Positions 58,438 through 64,000 of a stretch of DNA of 64,000 bases are shown in pieces (position 1 is the stretch's first letter; each line of letters starts with the position of its first letter). Location: positions 704,001-768,000 of the forward strand of contig OY759746.1 of assembly GCA_963662795.1 (NCBI GenBank), in the 5' to 3' direction. The position numbers and the translations under genes are program-made. The notes below the pieces were generated by a model that saw nothing but the letters and a program-made list of their open reading frames with translations, did not search any database and was not told the DNA's origin. Source of the DNA: Spirochaetia bacterium (lineage in GTDB: Bacteria > Spirochaetota > Spirochaetia > CADAEX01).

Positions 58438-59445
58438 CTATCCATCATCATCCCTGTCTTCCGGAAACAGGATAATATTGCCGCCTCTCCCCCTTCCGAT
58501 GAGGGGAAGTTCATGCGCGCATTGTATAAGCTCTTCACTGGCAGATGCATGTTCGGGACAGTGTGCAATGCCAAAGCTTACTGAAAGGAGGAAAGGACTT
58601 CCACCCGCCGCCTCACTCAGGTCCATTTCATGCATAAATGTCATTATCTTTTCTGCCATATCCAAAGCAGCCTCACGTCCAAAGCCGGGAAGAACTACTG
58701 CAAGCTCATTTCCCATATACCGGACAAGAACCGCTTCTTCCGGAATAAAAGAGGTGAGCTCCCTGGAAATAATCCTGAGTGCATGATCTCCTGCTTCATG
58801 CCCGTGAGCATCGTTTATCGCCTTGAAATTATCAGGCTTCAGCATGATGAGTGACAGATTATCTTTATAAGTCTGTTTTGAGAGAATATCCTTCAAATTC
58901 TCCTCAAGCCATATCTTGTTGTAAAGCCCTGTAAGCTTGTCCCTGTAGACCTGCCTGGACAGCTCCTGAACAAGCGGGGAGTTTTCCTTTACAAGAGAGT
59001 TTGCCTTCCTGATCCTGCCTGAAATCTGCATAATAAACTTATGGAGTATTCTTGCGGAAACTTCCGGATACTTTTCCAGCATTTCCTTAAAAAACATCCC
59101 TTTTTTTGGAAAAACAAGAAGGCTTGCGTCTGTATCGGCTGCAGCTGACGCGCTTCTCGGCAGGCCGGTAAGCATATCAAGCTCCCCGAAACAGTCCCCG
59201 CTGACAAACCGGGCAATCTCAATCATTCTGTTTTCATTGTCAGGCTTGTTTATTACAACCTCTCCGCTTTCCACGATAAAAAGGCTTTTACCCTCATCAC
59301 CCAGGGAAAAAATCGGACTACCCTGCTTTAAATCGAGAAAAGAGCTGTTTTTTGCTATAATATCAAGCTCAGGAGCACTGCAGGATGAGAATAGTTCACT
59401 TTCCCTGAGGTGCCTGATTTTTCTGTTTTCAGCGGATTCTGCCAT
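58438..59445 (-). CDS. cNMP-binding + degenerate GGDEF protein
   Basis: FGELD...PRSAS; DKLTGLYN, PDNFK..ND.HGH..GD, active site RYMGNEL. Confidence 0.88.
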   Translation of the reverse strand: MAESAENRKIRHLRESELFSSCSAPELDIIAKNSSFLDLKQGSPIFSLGDEGKSLFIVESGEVVINKPDNENRMIEIARFVSGDCFGELDMLTGLPRSASAAADTDASLLVFPKKGMFFKEMLEKYPEVSARILHKFIMQISGRIRKANSLVKENSPLVQELSRQVYRDKLTGLYNKIWLEENLKDILSKQTYKDNLSLIMLKPDNFKAINDAHGHEAGDHALRIISRELTSFIPEEAVLVRYMGNELAVVLPGFGREAALDMAEKIMTFMHEMDLSEAAGGSPFLLSVSFGIAHCPEHASASEELIQCAHELPLIGRGRGGNIILFPEDRDDDG

Positions 59446-59593
59446 CAATACTCCCATAAAGGCTGTAGAATTATATTATCAGGCATTTAGTTTAATATGG
59501 CAAGCACAAGAATGCAGATTTAAAGGCTCCCACACCTGCCGCTTAAGAAACTCTGCGGAGATTTTTCAGGAGAAAACCTTTTATAGTGTATAT

Positions 59594-60870
59594 CATAGCT
59601 GTCCAAAATAAAAACAGCAAAGATCTATTAATAGCCTGAAATCCCAACTATAATGAATTAAGCTTGGACGGCTAATTCTTTACAGGAAAAGGAAATCAGG
59701 CAATGAGCTTTAAAGATAGCATATTCAGACAAATACTTCAAATCCTTCCGGGATATGAATTTGAAAAATCTGTAAAAAAGCATAATGGCGACTTCGCTTC
59801 CAAAGGTTTTACCTGTTGGCAGCATTTTGTCTCCATGCTCTTTGCACAACTTTCAGGACAAACAGGATTAAGAGACATTGAAAACTCTTTTGAATCAATC
59901 AGCAACCAGCTTTATCATATGGGTGTAAAAAAGCTCTACATTGTCCTATGCAAATAACAATAGAAGCTGTGAAGTTTATGAAAATGTTTTCACTGATCTT
60001 CTTGATAAGATATTATCCATGAAGAGAGCGCATAAACATAAATTTAAAAACCCTCTTTACAGCGTAGATGCATCAACTATTGATTTGTGCCTTAATCTCT
60101 TTCCCTGGGCAAATTTCAGAAAACATAAAGGCGGAATAAAACTTCATGTGAAACTTGATCACAGAGGTTATATTCCTTCATTTGTATCAGTTACAGCTGT
60201 ACAAACTCATGAAGTCAATTCCCTTAAAAAGATGCAATTCAATAAAGGGGATGTTGTAACTTTTGATCGCGGCTATACTGACTTTAAGTTATTTGCAACT
60301 TATTGCAATACCGGTATTTATTTTGTTACCAAATTAAAAAAGAATGCTGATTATAAAATTGTCCAAAGAAAAGACACTTCCTCTTTCAAAAATATTACAT
60401 CTGATCAGATCATCGAAATGAGTGGATTTTATACCAGTAAAAAATGTCCGTTAAAATTAAGACGAATCAGATCAAAAGATCCTGAAACCGGTAAATATAT
60501 TGTAATTCTTACCAATAATTTTCTTTGGTACCCAACAACAATTGCTGCTATTTACAAAGACAGATGGCAGATTGAAATATTTTTTAAAACTATCAAACAG
60601 AACTTAAAGATCAAGAAATTCTTTGGAACTTCCAGAAATGCTGTAATGACACAAATCTGGATTGCTCTAATTGCTTTTCTGTTACTTCAGTTCCTTAAAA
60701 TGTTTTCAAGCAGAAAATGGACTCATTATTCTTTAATGAAACTGATTCCGACAATTCTTACCGCAAGAAAGGATTTATGGACAATCCTGAATAAACCACC
60801 ATCGAGATCTAATCAAAAAAGTATTTTAATCTTCAACTGGAGCTGTTATGATTTATTTTGAACACCTATG
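59594..60870 (+). mobile_element. IS4-family insertion sequence (DUF4372 + DDE transposase), frameshifted
   Basis: IRs CATAGCTGTCCAAAATAAA / TTTATTTTGAACACCTATG (17/19), flanking ATAT on both sides; MLFAQL, STLSYAN, DASTIDLC, FDRGY, Y..RWQIE.FFK..KQ; frameshift near 59930. Confidence 0.93.
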
Positions 60871-60994
60871 ATATCAAGTAATGTTCAACCTGGCAGCGCT
60901 TTCATATTATCAATTTAGGCATTAAAAGATATGATGAATATTTATATTTGTGCTATATAATGTTGTGAAAAAATGATTGACAGGGATATGGATT

Positions 60995-62734
60995 ATGAAG
61001 ATTAAAAGGATTAAAATAAGGATTGTGCTGTATTTTTCCGCAGGATTTATTTTCATAATATTATTGATTGCCGGAATTTCCACATACCTTTTTTCTACTA
61101 CCATGATTTCCCAGATAAGGGCAAATGTCAATCAGAATGTTAAAATGATTGATTTTGAGTTACACTCAGGTATTAGTATGGTTTACGATCTTCAAAGACA
61201 GATTATAAGCAATAGTGATCTGAACGATTACATGAAAATGGCCCAGAACTATAAAGGCGGACCTGATAAAACTGTAAGACAAATATCCGAGTTAATGCGG
61301 GAGTATTCATATAAGACAATTTTTACGAATTCAATACTTATTTTCAACAGAAACGGAATTGTTCTTGATCCCTTTTATCATATGGACCCATATAAAACAA
61401 CAATTGAAGACAACAATGATTTTTATTCATTCGTAAAGTCGGAGAAATTCAGGCAATTTTCACCGCCATCTATTTTTCCAATGCCTTTATATTTCAAAGA
61501 AATAAACGGCAAAAAAAACATAGCATTTTATGTTCAGTATCTTGATAATGAAAATTTCAGAAATCTCGGATACCTTGCGATAAACATTAGAAACAGTTTT
61601 TTATTTGAAAATATTGAAAAACATTATTCTGACATTTTTGACGAAATACTTATATATGATAAACAGGGCAATTCAATATTTTCAATGACAGATAAATCAT
61701 TTTACTTTTACAGAGGAAGCAGAAAATACCTTGTATTTGAAAAAAATGTTACAGCTTATCCCGACTGGACAATTGCTGTGGCAATTTCGAATTCCACTTT
61801 TTTTGCCGTGGTGAAAAAAGTCCTCATAAGTATTTATTTAATCAGTATAGTAAGTTTCATAATGGCAATCTTGATAAGTTTTTATATTTCCAGCAATGTT
61901 TCAGTGCCAATTGATAATATAAATTCTGCAATTAACTATTTCAAATGCACGAACAATTGGCCGGATCCTGTAACCTGCAGGACAGAAGATGAAATGAGTT
62001 ATCTGGTCAATGGCATAAATGAATTATTTATAAGCATGAAGAAACTTGTCACACAAATTCATGAAGAACATGAAGAGAAAAAGATGGCGGAAATCAAGGC
62101 AGTCCAGCTCCAACTGCAATTGCTTCAGTCGCAGATTAATCCCCATTTTATTCATAATACACTTAATGCAATTGAATGTATTGCGCTTGAGAGGAAAGTA
62201 TATGACCTGTCTGAAATGATAAATTCACTGAATATCTTATTCAGGAACAGCATGGCTATAGAGAATATCTATAATACTGTTGCTGACAGCATCAGAACAG
62301 TGGAAGCTTATATTAAAATAATGAAAATTCGATATGGTGACAGTTTTAATTACAGAATATCTGTGGATGAAAGTTTGAGAGACTGTTTGATTCCAAAATT
62401 GCTTATGCAGCCAGTTGTTGAAAATGCCTTGTTCCATGGTTTACAGCCGAAAACCGGGTTGGGACTTTTGACACTTGCTGTAACAGATGAAGATGGTATG
62501 ATAGTTATCAGGATCGAAGATGATGGCGTGGGAATAAACGAACATACCATGAAAAATAATTTAAAAAAAGATAAAAGTGGTTTAACAGGAATAGGGATGA
62601 GCAACATTGTTGAAAGGCTAAAATATTGCTATAATGGCCAGGGGGGGATAGAAATATTTACCCAAAAGGGTGTTGGGACAACAGTAGTTATAACACTACC
62701 TAAAAAACCATTCAAAGAGTTACAGATTGTCTGA
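60995..62734 (+). CDS. YesM/LytS-like sensor histidine kinase
   Basis: Two TM regions, HAMP-like DE...L, LQSQINPHFIHNTL, QPVVENALFHG, DDGVG, GIGM.N, GTTV. Confidence 0.93.
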   Translation: MKIKRIKIRIVLYFSAGFIFIILLIAGISTYLFSTTMISQIRANVNQNVKMIDFELHSGISMVYDLQRQIISNSDLNDYMKMAQNYKGGPDKTVRQISELMREYSYKTIFTNSILIFNRNGIVLDPFYHMDPYKTTIEDNNDFYSFVKSEKFRQFSPPSIFPMPLYFKEINGKKNIAFYVQYLDNENFRNLGYLAINIRNSFLFENIEKHYSDIFDEILIYDKQGNSIFSMTDKSFYFYRGSRKYLVFEKNVTAYPDWTIAVAISNSTFFAVVKKVLISIYLISIVSFIMAILISFYISSNVSVPIDNINSAINYFKCTNNWPDPVTCRTEDEMSYLVNGINELFISMKKLVTQIHEEHEEKKMAEIKAVQLQLQLLQSQINPHFIHNTLNAIECIALERKVYDLSEMINSLNILFRNSMAIENIYNTVADSIRTVEAYIKIMKIRYGDSFNYRISVDESLRDCLIPKLLMQPVVENALFHGLQPKTGLGLLTLAVTDEDGMIVIRIEDDGVGINEHTMKNNLKKDKSGLTGIGMSNIVERLKYCYNGQGGIEIFTQKGVGTTVVITLPKKPFKELQIV

Positions 62735-64000
62735 TAGTAAATATTCGGTTTTTATCATAGATGATGAAAGACCAGCCTGCAGAAAGATCGAACTGCTTAT
62801 CAACCTTATAGATTGTAATTTTGAAATTTCTGGATGTGCAAAAAATGGTAAGGAATTCCTCGAAATTTACAGCAGTGTCAACCCAGATTTGCTGTTCGTG
62901 GATATCCAAATGCCTGTTATGAATGGCCTCGAACTGATAGGGAAAATCAGGGAAATAAATGTTTCCCAGGCAATAATAATTATAAGCTGCCATGAAAACT
63001 TTCATTATGCAAAAGAAGCAATGAATCTTGGAGTTATTGATTATGTAATAAAAGACCTTCTGACGAAAGAAGAACTTTATTCCATTTTGCTCAAGGCAGA
63101 GAATATTCTATTGAAAAGACAAAAAACAACTTCTATAAAGAAAGTAACTTTACTTGAAAACAGGAACAGTGACTCATTGTTGAATCTAGTTTTTTCAACT
63201 GAATCTGAAACTAAATACGATTTGACCGACAGAAATAATTCCTTTCTTTTGAATGGCCCTTATGCTGTTATGTGCCTGAGCATTGATGATTTCTGGAAAA
63301 TATCCGGCGACAGGGATATTATAATAAACAATATTAATAATACCATATATTCAATATTATATAGTGAAAAATGTGGTGAAGTCACATATTTGAAATCAGG
63401 TATTTTCATGACAGTTGTTTCATTTCATGGATTTAAAAACCCTACTGATGTAATTAGGAATGGTAACGAACTTCTTACCTGTATACGAAATGAATTGCAT
63501 AAAGCTGGTGGATTAACGGTAACAGCAGGAGTATCAGATATCTTCAACAGTATTGATGAAGTTTTTATTCATTACAGACAGGCTTCTGAACTGCTACGAT
63601 ACAGTTTTTTCCTGGATAGGGATAAAACGCTTTTCAGTTGTACAGGAATAACAAAAATACCTGCGGTGAGAACTGAAAAAATTGAAGATAAACTGGAAAG
63701 GATTAAAGAGTATTCCGGGAATAAAAATTTTGATAATGTAATTGACCTGATTAACGAGTTATATGAAACTGAATTCAGTGGTATTCTTCAATACAACTAT
63801 ATACAGCATATTCACTCCAGTCTGATATCAATTGTATTTGATATATGTAAAAGCTGTAACATATCATATCCCGTACTTTTTGGAAAGAACTATATTCCGT
63901 TTGATCAAATCGAATCTTTTGAATCAATCGAAGAATCGCGCGAATGGTTTTTGCGTCTTTTTAAACGTATTGGAGACACAATAAATAAATTGAACATGGA
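62727..64000 (+). CDS. YesN-like response regulator, 3' end outside window
   Basis: Manual translation from TTG 62727: ...VFIIDDE...PDLLFVDIQMPVMNGLELI...ISCHENFHYAKEAMNLGVIDYVIK. Confidence 0.9.
   Translation, partial: MSDSKYSVFIIDDERPACRKIELLINLIDCNFEISGCAKNGKEFLEIYSSVNPDLLFVDIQMPVMNGLELIGKIREINVSQAIIIISCHENFHYAKEAMNLGVIDYVIKDLLTKEELYSILLKAENILLKRQKTTSIKKVTLLENRNSDSLLNLVFSTESETKYDLTDRNNSFLLNGPYAVMCLSIDDFWKISGDRDIIINNINNTIYSILYSEKCGEVTYLKSGIFMTVVSFHGFKNPTDVIRNGNELLTCIRNELHKAGGLTVTAGVSDIFNSIDEVFIHYRQASELLRYSFFLDRDKTLFSCTGITKIPAVRTEKIEDKLERIKEYSGNKNFDNVIDLINELYETEFSGILQYNYIQHIHSSLISIVFDICKSCNISYPVLFGKNYIPFDQIESFESIEESREWFLRLFKRIGDTINKLNM

Noticed and set aside
59920-59945. A AAA AAG heptamer as a programmed -1 frameshift in the IS4 transposase
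   Set aside because: The downstream ORF (59941) is in the +1 frame relative to 59703, so -1 slippage would not join them.

Overview
Bacterial chromosomal window, most likely from a spirochete (inferred from 'AGG(K)KE' solute-binding protein N-termini and the fliS-polA-coaE-SPOR neighbourhood). 1-13.1 kb: a decaying organophosphonate/phosphoester uptake and catabolism cluster with a peptide-type ABC transporter, an XRE-like regulator, a Zn alcohol dehydrogenase, a TAXI-TRAP transporter, a PhnX-like HAD hydrolase, an amidohydrolase with an in-frame stop, a PHP hydrolase, a TIM-barrel protein and a phosphonate monoester hydrolase cut by an IS5 element. IS5 and IS3 remnants follow. 14.9-25.5 kb, the most unusual region: four paralogs (A, B, C, D) of a ~240-aa protein family I do not recognise, clustered with a HipA/PI3K-like kinase, a PPP-type metallophosphatase, a pseudokinase with a dead ATPase-like domain and a membrane GGDEF protein. 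The three-gene C-B-A block occurs twice as ~2.39-kb direct repeats around the 5.8-kb signalling core. The rest is mostly housekeeping and transport: ankyrin lipoprotein, fabF, sugar genes, ogt, coaE, polA, fliS, amino-acid ABC, Ktr/Trk and a TetR-TolC-HlyD-ABC efflux operon. There is also a cNMP-GGDEF-DHH fusion with a cNMP/degenerate-GGDEF partner, a candidate structured RNA, a frameshifted IS4 element and a YesM/YesN-like two-component pair. No rRNA, tRNA or CRISPR array was seen.
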